From contig CM119373.1 of assembly GCA_051294905.1 (NCBI GenBank), positions 186,001 to 248,000 on the forward strand: a DNA stretch of 62,000 nucleotides. The letters run 5' to 3'. Made by a program: the position numbers and the translations under genes. Under the pieces are notes generated by a model. That model saw only the letters and a list, made by a program, of their open reading frames with translations. It did no database searches and was not told the origin of the DNA. This DNA is from Botryllus schlosseri (Eukaryota). This document shows positions 48,621 to 61,300 of the stretch, in pieces. Within the stretch, counting starts at the first letter, position 1. Every line of letters begins with the position of its first letter.

Positions 48621-49271
48621 TCAAAAACTTAGCAAAACGAGGTAAAAACTGAGGGCCGTTGTATACAAAATCATTGGCGACAATACAAAATCTTGGCTTG
48701 GCGACGTCACAGAGCCCATTGCGCGTACGAGCCACAGGTAAATTCGAATGGTAATAAATAGAAAAAACGACAATACCCCCTTGAACGACAAAATACTTTT
48801 GACGAGACATTGAAATAGGAGAGCAAATAATCTGTACAAGTAGTCCAGGCACTTGATAAGGCGCCGCGTCATGACTAGAGCTCGACCGATTATTATATCA
48901 CACTTGTAGGAAATATTGGTTATCGGCCATTACAGGTGAAAAATATTGACAATTTTCTTTATTTCTCAGTATGGTGATAGGGAGGCATAAACAATAATCT
49001 GGCACTGCTACACTGGTAATATTGATCTATTTCTTATAGCTTACAAGCGTCCAGATGCAGCCTTTCTAGTTCATTCCATGTGTAAGCATAACAATGACTG
49101 TAAAGCTGTACAAATGAATGCTGCGAAGTTTTGGAAATGCGCCGTAAGCTAGGTGTCGTCACATCTTTTGAATATCAACTCAACATATGGGGATTATCAG
49201 CTCATAAATGCGATTACGGTCAAGCTCTAGTCAGAAACATAGCCCATGTGTACAATGCTGTGTTCGTATCA

Positions 49272-49514
49272 CTACGCGGCCTGCAATTTCCCGGAATGCG
49301 TCTGATTTGGGGGTGGGTGCATGCGGCCAAAGTGAGGCCTCTGGGACGCGGGCACGCTGTGCGTGGGGTAGTTCTGATGCTGGTAGAACTGCTGGCCCGT
49401 GGGCGGGCTGTTGATACAGTCTGACATGTCGGAATTGCTCCTGGGCGACGCGCTGGACCACTGGTCCGGAGACTCTGGACTTGGTGTTTCGTATTGTGCG
49501 TCCTGTGATAAAAA
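49272..49514 (-). CDS. Notch: Notch terminal exon, PEST degron
   Basis: [35 protein letters not shown] stop at 49274-49272. Confidence 0.95.
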   Translation of the reverse strand, partial: FLSQDAQYETPSPESPDQWSSASPRSNSDMSDCINSPPTGQQFYQHQNYPTHSVPASQRPHFGRMHPPPNQTHSGKLQAA

Positions 49515-52500
49515 CTGCAATTAGGAAAATTCCTACGGTTCAGCAGGTCTCAATACAATATGGCCATAACAAATCCAGCAGGGTTGTAATGACTCGACTT
49601 GACATGAGTCATTTTTTCAAATGCGTAAAATGACTCGACTCGAGTCAATTTTTGTATTGACTCGTCGTGTACTCAAGTTATTGTGCATGACTCGAACCAA
49701 GTCATATGACTCGAGGCTAGGACCGCAAAGACAAATATTTCGAAAAATACTAAAATCACCACATTATTGTTATTTCGTCTATCAGTCCTGATCAGGGTTG
49801 TAACCAAGTCATATTGTTCCGAGTCACGAGTCAATCTTACTTTTGTGGTTTTGACTCGAGTCAAGTCGAGTCATTTTCAATTCATCACCGAGTCGAGTCC
49901 GAGTCCAAGTCACCGTTTAAAGGCTAAAGTCCGAGTCATAGTGTTATGACTTGAGTCGAGTCCAAGTCACAGTATTGAAGTCATGTTCAACTAAAGTTTT
50001 CAGTCCTGAATTAGCTTATAGCTTATAGAGAATCAACGAATTCATTCTACATGCTATCTGATATAGAACCAACGAATTCACGTCTATAGATACCAGCTGA
50101 TAGAGAATCAACAGATGCATGTTTATATTGTTTAGGTAGACGTACAGTTTTTCTTTCACATTATCAGGTGGTTGACTAAAAAAAGGTCAGCTTTCCTGCT
50201 CAGCTCTCGTAATAGCCGCCGGAGCGTTACTAATATGAGAGGAAATTTTGAATTAACTACAAATAGAGATTTTCGAATTTTACCGACCACCTCATGATAT
50301 TGTTATGTTGTGTAAAAATATGATTCGTAGCAAATTTGGCTCAATTCCAACTAGAAAAAGCGAATTTATTAGAGTGGAATATTTTGGATATGAAAAAATA
50401 GTCGGCTTACTACTAGCATATGATTATATTAGATGAAATAATTTCTCACCAAAAACACTCCCTTTATTTTCAAATATAAAATTTTCTTCTCTCATATCAT
50501 TGATTCTACTTTTCAAAATTAAGCCAGATTCAGTGTTCTATTTATGCAACATAACAATTTTACCAAGTAGCCACCCAGTAAAACGAATAAGAAGTTATTT
50601 TTGAACAACCCTATTGTACAAACAGCACACAACATTAGCCATTCATTATTACTCACATGCACAATGCACATACCTAACAAAACGTCAAATGGACGGAGTG
50701 TATTGTGTGTTTTCACTGACAGCAGTTCAAATCAATGATGAGTTACAATTCAAAAATACTTAAGTGGAAAGGAGATCCTCGTATATGTTATAGCGGCATG
50801 GCCTTAGAATAAATCCACATCTACTGAAACACGTTTCACTGGTGCACTAGATACAGGAATTGACAAGCATTTTTGAACCACATTGAAGAGCATTGGATAC
50901 TCATTATTTCTGGTCGCCCAATAATGCAAAGAATCATCGCCTTCAAATCTACACATGAGCTTATCAGTCTCTTTCAAGTAGGCCTACTTGACCATCTCAG
51001 TCATTTCATTGCCTCTAATTGAACTTTGCTTCGATTGTTTGCTTGTATAATTGAAAAGTCTCGAGTACTTTGATTGCGGAGGATCTATTACCTCTTCATC
51101 ACAGGATGATTTTGTGCAATGCATTGCTGCTGTATGTGTCATTGTCTGTTGTTTTTACGGCGGCATATCTGATATCAGACGAGTGCAATTAAAGCAGTGG
51201 CGACAAATTGCGATATCGGCAGAATTCGTCATATGCGTTGATCTAGCCCAGAGGTCTCAAACACGCGGCCCGCGGGCCGCATGTGGCCCGCCGAGCATTT
51301 TGTGCGGCCCGCGAAGACATTTTCGATTTTTAATAATTTGAAAATATTTCAGTGTCACATATATCTTTTTCAGGTTATAAAGTCAAAATCCCCTCTTAAA
51401 TTGCCCCAAAAGCCTGAAACTATTCATCAAACTTCGCTATCACATCAATTGCAAACGCTACCATGTAGTGGAAGATTCACTATTTCGCCACATTTCCAAT
51501 TCATGATGACGAAACCTGACCCTTAGACGATTCGTGACTAAAATTTGTGAGTTGGATTTGGACGCGACCTTTCTTAGAAATACTCAGACTCGGGCTAACT
51601 CGATGGCAAAATGAAAATGACTCGAGTGGACTTGGAGTGACTCGGAATGACGTGAATTTGTTAGAACCATGGACGCAACAAACTAATCGCGTATCGGGGG
51701 AATAGTAATAGATCAGAAGGTCGCAGCTTGGTATTGCGCTAAACCATGTTATTAAGGCGACTTACAGGTACCGAGTACCGCAGTCGTACGCCCCAACGAT
51801 GTAACAACAATGGGCCGTTCGACGCTCCGACATTTCAATCACTATGACACAATCAATAATATATTTATATTACATTTATATTTGTTTCTGCTCCTATATT
51901 TGAAGATATTTGGCCATGAGATTAATAGCCTACTTAGCAGAAGTATACCCGAATCCTGGATTGGAATTACAATGCTAAACCTGAAAATGTTTTGATATCA
52001 GATCAGTCTCTATTATCAATCTGTTAAATTCAAAATGTTCATAGTACCTGCAAAATTATAACCCGATAGCTTTTATGATGGCATCATACATTTGTCCGCC
52101 CATATGGTGTCTATATGTTATAATCAATATATATCAAGTACAACAACCATTCTATTCAAGTAGTTATAAATGTGATGATTCTTTTCTTGCCAGGCCTAAA
52201 TTTATACAAGAGTAAATCGCATTTTGACGATGTGTGTTTACTGATAGTCTGTTGGATCGGCTCACTTTCAATAGGACAATTCATTCCCGCCAAATAAGGC
52301 ATACTTGGAAAGACATAGAATACCCCTATAAATGCTGCGGCCCGCGGCGTCGTCAAAATGGGAAAACTGGCCCGCGAGCACATTTGAGTTTGAGACCTCT
52401 GATCTAGCCAGTACGATTCGCAAATTTCTTCATCTTCAAGTCATATAAAATATGCCGAGTCAATGACTTGGTTCGAGTCATGCGTAATGACTCGAGTACA

Positions 52501-55282
52501 AGTCGAGTCAATCCAAATATTGACTCGAGTCGAGTCGAGTCATTTTCCCTTTTTAATAAAATGACTCGAGTCAAGTCGAGTCACCAAAAATTCGTGACTC
52601 GAGTCATTACAACCCTGGTCCTGATACTTGGAAATAGGGCCAGCACTGTTAAGACTGAGGAAAATTACAATATTATGAATATGATCCATTTTATATCACT
52701 CGAGCAGAGTTGAAAAGTGGGTTGAACCGAAATGAACTCAAAACTGAACAGTGAACATAATGACTTCGACTCACATTCGAGTCAAAACACTATGACTCGG
52801 ACTCGGACTTGACTCGAGTCAAAACTATAAAGGTGAGATTGTCTGGTGACTCGGAACGTTGTGACTTGGTTACAACCCTGGAATCCAGAACTCAAATCCG
52901 AATCGAGTATCAATAACAATGATTGGCTTTTTATATTGACAACCTAACAAATTTCATCAACTAGTCAAAATAAACTTGTTTTGAAACAGCCCTAGTATTC
53001 ACGTTACCGGAAATGGCATATGCGTGAACTCTTGACCAACCCACGGCATTGTCGCAAAGTGCAATGAAATAGGTACCAACTGAATTTATGTGATATAGAA
53101 CAGGCATTGTATTCTTGTGGTCGCATAAAAGGTGCATATTCTTACATACTGTTATGAAGTCAAAAATGGTGATCATTGATGGAACACTGGAGATCCTTGA
53201 TCTATAGGAACCTTTCCGTATTTTTTATTGGACTCAACATCTTAAATTGATGTTGTGATTTCATGGTTGTGTAATTGGCTTTTCCACTTAATTTAACTAA
53301 TTAAGTTTCCTTTTCAATGAAGGGGCTGTGTAACAGATCCCTGTTATCGTCCAACCATGAAATGAGTATATCTCGTAACCGAGAGACATCCTGTCCTAGA
53401 GTAATTTGCCTCTAGTATAAATCTACTGATTCTCTCCTATCAGAAGACTCATTTGCTAAACCTACTTGTATCAACGTCTGAAATATATTCGTATGTCTTG
53501 TGTAATATTGGCGTCTTAAGAAGATCTCACCAGGGTACAGGGTTCCAGGTTAAGTAGTCAGCCAGCTAAACCTATATTACTTTGGTTAGCTATACTTCTA
53601 CTCCCAGGAACAATACCTTATAACGGTGCAACACTAGACATGAAGTCTATCACACGATTTTAAATTGAATCCATAAATAAAATGATCACAGATAATGGAC
53701 ACTTACCTGTCCTTTGTGAAGATGATGGAAGGAGGAATGTATGTTTGTGGCAGAGGGCGGCGAAAACGTAGCCGGGGGTGACAAGGTGGCCCCGGAATTA
53801 GCCGTCGGGGGCGTCGGATATTTCTCCATGCCGTACACGATGTTCATCCCGCCAGACTGAACGCAGGGAGACACATAGAACCTAACGACACACGCAAATT
53901 CACCTAGAGTCACTCACCCTGGGAACGTTCTTTGTTTGGTGAGGGTAAGCGTGGTGTACTTGGTGGTGCTGATTGATTTGGCTGGGGTAATGCGGGCTGC
54001 TACCGTGGTAATATTGTTGCGGCTCGTTCATGCTCATTCCTTGTGATGACCTGACAATACATCACACGTTTTTAACAGGGTTGTAATGACTCGGCTCGAG
54101 TCACGATTTTCTGATGACTCGAGTCATTTTCTCAAAATACAAAAATGACTCGACTCAATTCAATCTGTGTATTGACTCGAGAGTAAGACAGCCAAGACCG
54201 ACATTTCATTGTAATTTCAAAGAATAATACAGTAGCCTCATCATTGGGATTTCGTCTATTGGTAGTGGTACTTGGAAGTGCGACCAGTAACTGCTAAACG
54301 TGAGGAAAATTAGTATATTATAAATGCGTCTATTCAATATCACCAAAATGTGGGTTTAACAAGACTTGAGTGAAACTGAGCAGGCAACACAATTACTTGG
54401 ACTCGGGTCATAATACCATGACTAGGTGGTGAATTGAAAATGACTCGACTTGACTTTAGTCAAAACTATAAAAGTGAGATTGACTTGTGACTCGGAGCCT
54501 TGTGACTTGATTACAACCCTGGTTTTTAATACATGGAAAAAAATGTTTGAAATCCAATAGTTTGATGATCGGTATAAGGATGAGATATTTATTCATCTGG
54601 TAATTGAAACTCGTAATACGAGGTATTGTTGCTCAAAATCCACTGTTTTTTGGATAGCAAAAATGTTAAAATGTCAGGACAATAGGTTGAAATCACTCTA
54701 TTTGATCGAATCTGGGAGTCTAAAGAGGGGAGATCACTCCCAAGATCTTTGAAACGCCAGGCCTAGTCATACGTAATCCTGGGCTATACCGGTCAGTGAA
54801 TGGCACAGTAAACTAATTTTTGAGGGCCAGGATGTACTGATTTGAGTGTGAAAAAGTCAAACTACGGTTGGAACATGAAATTTTGAATCATGTTGCACTT
54901 TCGTATCATTTTAAAGCGTATTGAAGTAACTAGTGGACAAACAGTAGCAGCAGTAGTTCAAATCCATACGATTAAGCAAAGCAAATTGACCTGGAATAAG
55001 GACCGGAATTGGCACTGTGCGGCTGATGATTCATGATTTGGTAAGGCAAGTCTTGCGCCTGATACTGTTGGTACTGAGCCATGTGATGCCTCTGCATTTC
55101 CCCTTCGTCATAACGCACCTGGAAACGGGGAACAACATCATGCTATGTTTTTAAGTTATGAAGAGATGAAAAAAAATTTAACGAGATATGTATTTACCCT
55201 CATCTGTGACATATTCAATCCGAGGCCAGAATTGGATCCGATTAGATGCGGTTGATTCCTGACAACTTGATGATGTTGTTGC

Positions 55283-55325
<43 letters not shown>

Positions 55326-58300
55326 GCATCATCATCTTGTGCACATTCATCTGAGATTGATGATGCATCGGATGCATGTGCTTCTCTATACTTGGCCTGA
55401 AACAACAGCAGATTTTATTGGATGGAATTTTACAAATATACGCATCATTTCCTAAAGGCTTGTTTTTGTTATATAGATTTGTAAAAATCAATCATACTTG
55501 ACTTCAGCCACTTCAACAAGTCCGAAGTCACGGAATCCGACCAGAAAATTGCACTTACAGAATATAAGTCAATAAAGATGCATATTTTGATGCAGTAAGT
55601 ATGTACATAAGGATGTGTGCATCAATATTATCTTCATATTTCACAGGCTATTCCATAAATCATTAGATTGTCGAAAGAAACGCTGCACCCAATTTGGCTC
55701 AATTCCGACCCGCAGAAGTGAAGCTGTTACCGATGGAAAAAAAATAGTATTTACGGTGGAAAGTTCTTCAATTATTAATTATAGAGCTACCCACCGTAAA
55801 TACTATTATATAAAACTCGAAATTTTGAACTCCAATCATATCAGTTCTACGGGTTGGAATTCAGCCAAATTTGCTATGAACCATTTTGTTGGACATCTTA
55901 TCACTTTCATTGTGTTGCCGGTAAAATTTGAAGAAATAAATTAATTGTGCGGTAATAAATTGAAAAATTTCTGACTATCATTTCTTTGCATCTACAGGTT
56001 CGAATTTAGCCATATTTGGTACGCAGAGTTTTTTAGCCAATCAAACAATTTTATCAAAGTGCCGGTAAAATTTGCAGAATCAATCAATTTTTGACCGAGA
56101 CTACTGTGGGTCCACACTACATACAGTACCGACACAGATAAAATCATGTAAAATTTTATATTGATTGTTAGGGTTGTTTGTAATATCTCGAGTCGAGATG
56201 GTTCGGTAACTTGATTTGACTTGAGTCAATTTGGACTCGGACCTGACTCAGTTGTGAATTGAAAATAACTCAACTTGACTCGAGTCAAAACTATAAAATT
56301 GCCTTGTCACGCGGAACCTTGTGACTGGGTTACTACCCTGTATATATGATGCACAGTATGCGATGCAAATCTCACCCTTGAGGCATTCCCCTTGGATAGT
56401 ACGGAGGAAGGTTCGCAGGATTAGTAATGGGTGGCGAATGTGTCGGGTCGCTGTACGTGGACGGCGACGACATGGAGCCCGGGGATTGACCGTCCGACAG
56501 AATGGGCCTGGACTGGTAGATGGGATTCATGTTTGGCGGCGCGTTGTTGGACGGTTCCAAGTCGTCCGTGCTGGCTTTCTTCTTCGTGCGGCGTGCCGCT
56601 TTTGCATCACCTTTGGGCCGTCTTTTATTTTTAGCTGTCAAGTATTGATTTACAAGTAAGAAAAAAGCATGTATTCTGGGGTTAGTTTGCCTGGAAAAGT
56701 CAATGACACAGTTTGAAAGAAACATCAACCATGGTGTAGAGATGCAGCCTTTCCAGTTTATGTCATGTCCAATCATAGCAATGTCTGTAGAGCTGCTCAA
56801 ATTGTGGCTGTAAAGTTTTGGAAATGCGTCGTAAGCGTGATGCTGCCTATATTTAGTATTGGGCCTAATGGCCGGATCCGTAGCTATCAGTTTATAGATA
56901 TCGGCTCAAAAAAGCAGATAAAGTCAGACTCTAATGTCAAAACAGGTGATTAACACAAGAGTTTTTGTGATGAGTATTTGGTTTCAAGTCACTTGTCCGA
57001 GCATCCCTCATTATGAGTTTGAGCCTGTATGATGCATACGATCACAAAGAATATAATACCAGTTCAACATCACATAACAGATTATTTGATATTATTTCGA
57101 CTATGACTATTTCATCGCACTTTGTGACAATGCTATGTGTTGATGATGACTTCACAAATATGTCATTGCCAGTGACATTCGTATCTTTGTACCACATGTT
57201 TTCGATGCTGCAATACTGCTAATCTAGGTTTACAGCTTCCACAGTGGAAAACAGCGTCAAAACTATAATTCTCTTGCATAAATTAATTCTGCTTCAAATT
57301 AACTCATGACAAGGAGTGTGTCATTTCAATACTCTATAAAATTCATTTCTCCCTGCTCGACGCGGATCATTAAAATTATTCCCCGAATACTTAAATCATT
57401 GTGCTATAATATCAGTAGGTAAAATTCCACTTCACATTCAAGCAATCACATCCACATTTGTTATCGATCAGTAAACCGTTTACACCATTTAAATTCCATT
57501 CACTGTTTGTACAACATACTTTCTGTTGTTCGACATTGTTATCTCGTAAACAGATTCACTAACAATGCGGCACAAATGCATTTACATGAATTGTGTTCAA
57601 CAGTGCATGCAACTTTAGTGTGCTAGCGTCTCCTATTTCAATCTGTTCCATGTAATGGGTGATAATATGAATGAATTCAAACGGCTTCTTGAAGGTCTAT
57701 GACTTGAAAATGCCCTTTAATAATGTAACCGTATTGCAATAAACCAGAATATTATTTCATGGCTGGAATATTCTCCTTTTGCTAACCATTGGAATGTCAG
57801 CTCGAAAATATCAGGATTGCTTTCAAAATGGATTATAGCCTATTATTCAACTGTATAATTAAGTTTGATGTCAACCAACCACCGACGATACTAAATTACA
57901 AACCCATTTGCTCCACAAACTGTTCCTATTCAACCATTAAGCCGAACGAAAAAGAAACAAGTGATATACCAGGTTGAGCTTTACTGAGTCCCATATTGTA
58001 CATGAGTGGCGAGTTGTCCATGCCGTTGGGACTGCGGACAATGTTAAAATCGTCCAGCAGGTGAATGATGTCGCTGTGCAACTTTTCTGACGCGATGTCT
58101 CTCGGTAACCTGGAAAAATATACGATCAAAGTTATGAATCAAACTAGGGTCACACGCAACAATTAGGAAATTCACCCATAAAATACTCATAAGTTTAAGG
58201 GTAGCACACAAACTTGAAAGGTCTATTTCTACCCATCATACCTAATTCCCATTAGGAATGAAATATAACATAATGATACATCTCAGTACATAATTACTGT

Positions 58301-61300
58301 GTCTCACATTTACAATATATTAGAGATGTACAGGATCAGGATTTTGGATTCCAACAGGTCAGGAATCCGGGTGATTTTTTGGCAACAGGATTGGATCCGG
58401 ATTCAAAATTTTACTGTTTTGCCGGATCCGGATCAGGACAGGATTTTTATTTTGTCGAAAACCTGATCAGACTCATGTCCAACATGTTTAGATTCGGAAA
58501 CAGTAAAACTTTCTTTTCGGAGTTTATAAACTATATTTTCCGCTTAGGAAATTTCAACGGCAGAAACGTCTCGAGTTGCTCTTTCGTCAGATCTTGATGT
58601 TTGTTTGGGTTGATATGATTTGATGTTCTTGTCTAATTCAGAATGTCAGAGACGTTACAATTGATAGCTCGGAATGACGTTGCTACGCCTGACGAATATA
58701 CCGTCACAAAGACGAAAAGTGATTTTAGGGGACAGTTTTGACATTCGGTAGACAAGCAAGATGCGAAATATGCTGGGTATGTTTTGTGCTGCCAATATTA
58801 TTTCAAAGTTCAACTGATGAGCTCGAAGACTATATTATAATAAGAGTCATTTGAGTGATTCAGAGATGGGAGATGTCATTGGCCTACTGAAGTATTGGAC
58901 GAATCCCAGTACATTTGCCAGGTTCCAATTCTCAGTAGACTTATTTGCTGTTGGGGTAATCAAAATCAGTATTCCTGCATCAAATCCATCCAGTGAAAGA
59001 GCGTTCAGTTTGTGTGGGAATACTATTGACAAAAAAAGATCCTTACTCTCAGCTGACAGCTTTAATGCTTTAGAGAGAGAGAGAATTTATTCGGTCCATG
59101 AACATTGATAATACACAGATAAATAAAAGTTAGTTGTAGTGAAAAGTGCTGGTGACGATGTTTTCAAGTGAGGTCAGGCTGATTGTGTCATCATTTCTAT
59201 ATTTTTTGTCAGTCTGTATCTTAACGATGACCAAGTTGCACTTCTTGAATACAATTTCAGTTATCATCCGTCTGTTTGCTATATGTAAACTACCATTATT
59301 TTGTAAGTTCATCCTGCCTTCTCTTCAGCTTCTGTTGATGTATATATTTTTCCAGAAATCTCATATGGGAATTTATAGTAACATTGATCATGAAGCAATT
59401 TTTGAAAACAGGATTATTTTTGGATTCGGATACTGAAATATGCGATTGCAACAGGATCAGGATTGGATCAGGATTGTGATATCATGAAACAGAATTGGAT
59501 CAGGATCCTAAAAAACCATGATCCGTACATCTCTACAATATATACGATGCCATGCTATTCCCCTGTGCAAAAAACGGATATCGTCATGCACGATTCCATT
59601 AATCCATTTAATAGTTTTGTAATTTCAGCATCAAAAACTGTTCACGTAGAAGTAGCGTACAAACTAAACTACTCGAGTAAGTGAAACAAGTAGGTAAAAC
59701 CAACCTGAGCATTGCGGAAAAGTGTAAATACTTTGTTACTAACCAACTCGACCTTTTCGTGGGTGTAAAGATATGCTGGGCTTGACAGGCTTGTGTAAAC
59801 TGATAATATAGTTAAGTAGCATTTGTGTCGAGTAGTTGTAGTTCTAATTGCATGTTTGAATAGTGAGCAGTTTTAGTTCTAGTTCTAGTTCCAGTTGTGT
59901 TTTCAAAAGTGAGTAGTTGTAGTTGTGAGTTTTGAAAAGAGAGTAGTTCTAGTTGTAGTTGCAAGTGTTTGTTAAGCGAGTAGTTGTAGTTTCCGTTCCA
60001 TTTGCGAGTTTTGAAAAGAGTAGTTCTCGTTCTAGTTCCAGTTGTAAGTTTTAAAAGTGAGTAGTTATGGTTCTAGTTCTAGTTGTGAGTTTTGAAAAGA
60101 GACTCATTCGCACAAGTCTTATTCGTTGACTACACACCTGTCCATGTGGTCCGTGACGTCGCGATTGGCCTGAAACTCGAGCAACAACTTGACCGCCTCG
60201 TAACTGCCTTCCCTGGCCGCCAGAAACAAAGCCGTCTCCTCTCGTTCGGTCTGGGCGTCCTTCTTGGCGCCGGCCCTAAGAAGTGACGACAGAGCTTCCA
60301 CGTTGTTGACTGCGGCGGCCCAGTGTAGCGCGGTCTTGCCGTGGTTGTCCACCGTGTCCACTTCTGCGTGAGCATTGATGAGATCGTCCACCATGCCTTC
60401 GACCGCGTGCCGCGCGGCTAACATTAATGGTGTGGTTCCGTCCATGGTTCTGAAAATAACAAGGTCGATTTGAGCAGGGTTGCGAAGTCAGGGTCTCGTT
60501 ACATTTTCTCTTGATGGATTTCAAGTCCATGAAATTTTGTAACACCCGTTAGGTTGCAGTTTGTTGAAATGCTCTAATACTGAGTTCAAACTAGTTTAAA
60601 ATCGCAACAAATATTCCAAAACATTACTAAAATGTGCCCTTGCAGATACACAAGTTACCAGGTTATTCACGCATGTGCACCTTTCGCAAATTCAATTCCA
60701 CTTTGCAAGAAGTTTTTCAACTTTTTAGAGTATGAGAGTAGGTTCCACCAGCTGGCACTACTAACTCAGGCATTTTATTTTGAGACTACTTATACTTGAA
60801 CAGATTTTATTCAAAACTAGCTACTTTTTGCAATCCGTAAAATGGAATTACAGTCATGTTTCAGACTACTTCCACTTTTTCCATCGATTTCAGGGAAAAT
60901 TACTTACCGTTCTTTTTGCAATTCATATTTGGAAAGCAGAAAGTAGATTTTTGCTGATTTTGCGTCACCTTTGCAAATGAAAATTATCATATCGAAAGCG
61001 TGAGATATATGTTTGAAGATTCAACCTAATTGTAATGTCATTTGTGATTTTGTGTTTCGAGGGAAGATACATCTTGCAATTCAAAAGTAGCCGCCTTCCA
61101 TTGGCTACTAAAAGTATGCAACGTTTCGACCAATACAAACTTGGCTCAACAAATAAATCATAAATCGATGGACATTTCAACTTCAAATGCGGTTCCAATC
61201 CTAATCACTGGATAAATACTACTGCAGATCACTGCAGTACCCAACAGTTCCACTTACTTTGCGTCAAGATCGGTAGCCCTGCTTCTGATCAGAATTTGGA

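Larger units (their letters stand above)
49793..52617. mobile_element. GACTCGAGTC-family hAT element (inner, longer, opposite orientation)
   Basis: Same TIRs; perfect TSD GTCCTGAT; contains a transposase remnant. Confidence 0.9.
49579..52880. mobile_element. GACTCGAGTC-family hAT element (outer) in the last Notch intron
   Basis: CAGGGTTGTAA / TTACAACCCTG; TSD AAATCCAG/GAATCCAG. Confidence 0.88.

Noticed and set aside
55178..55455. Poly-Thr and poly-Leu ORFs
   Set aside because: Alternative frames of the Notch CAA repeat.
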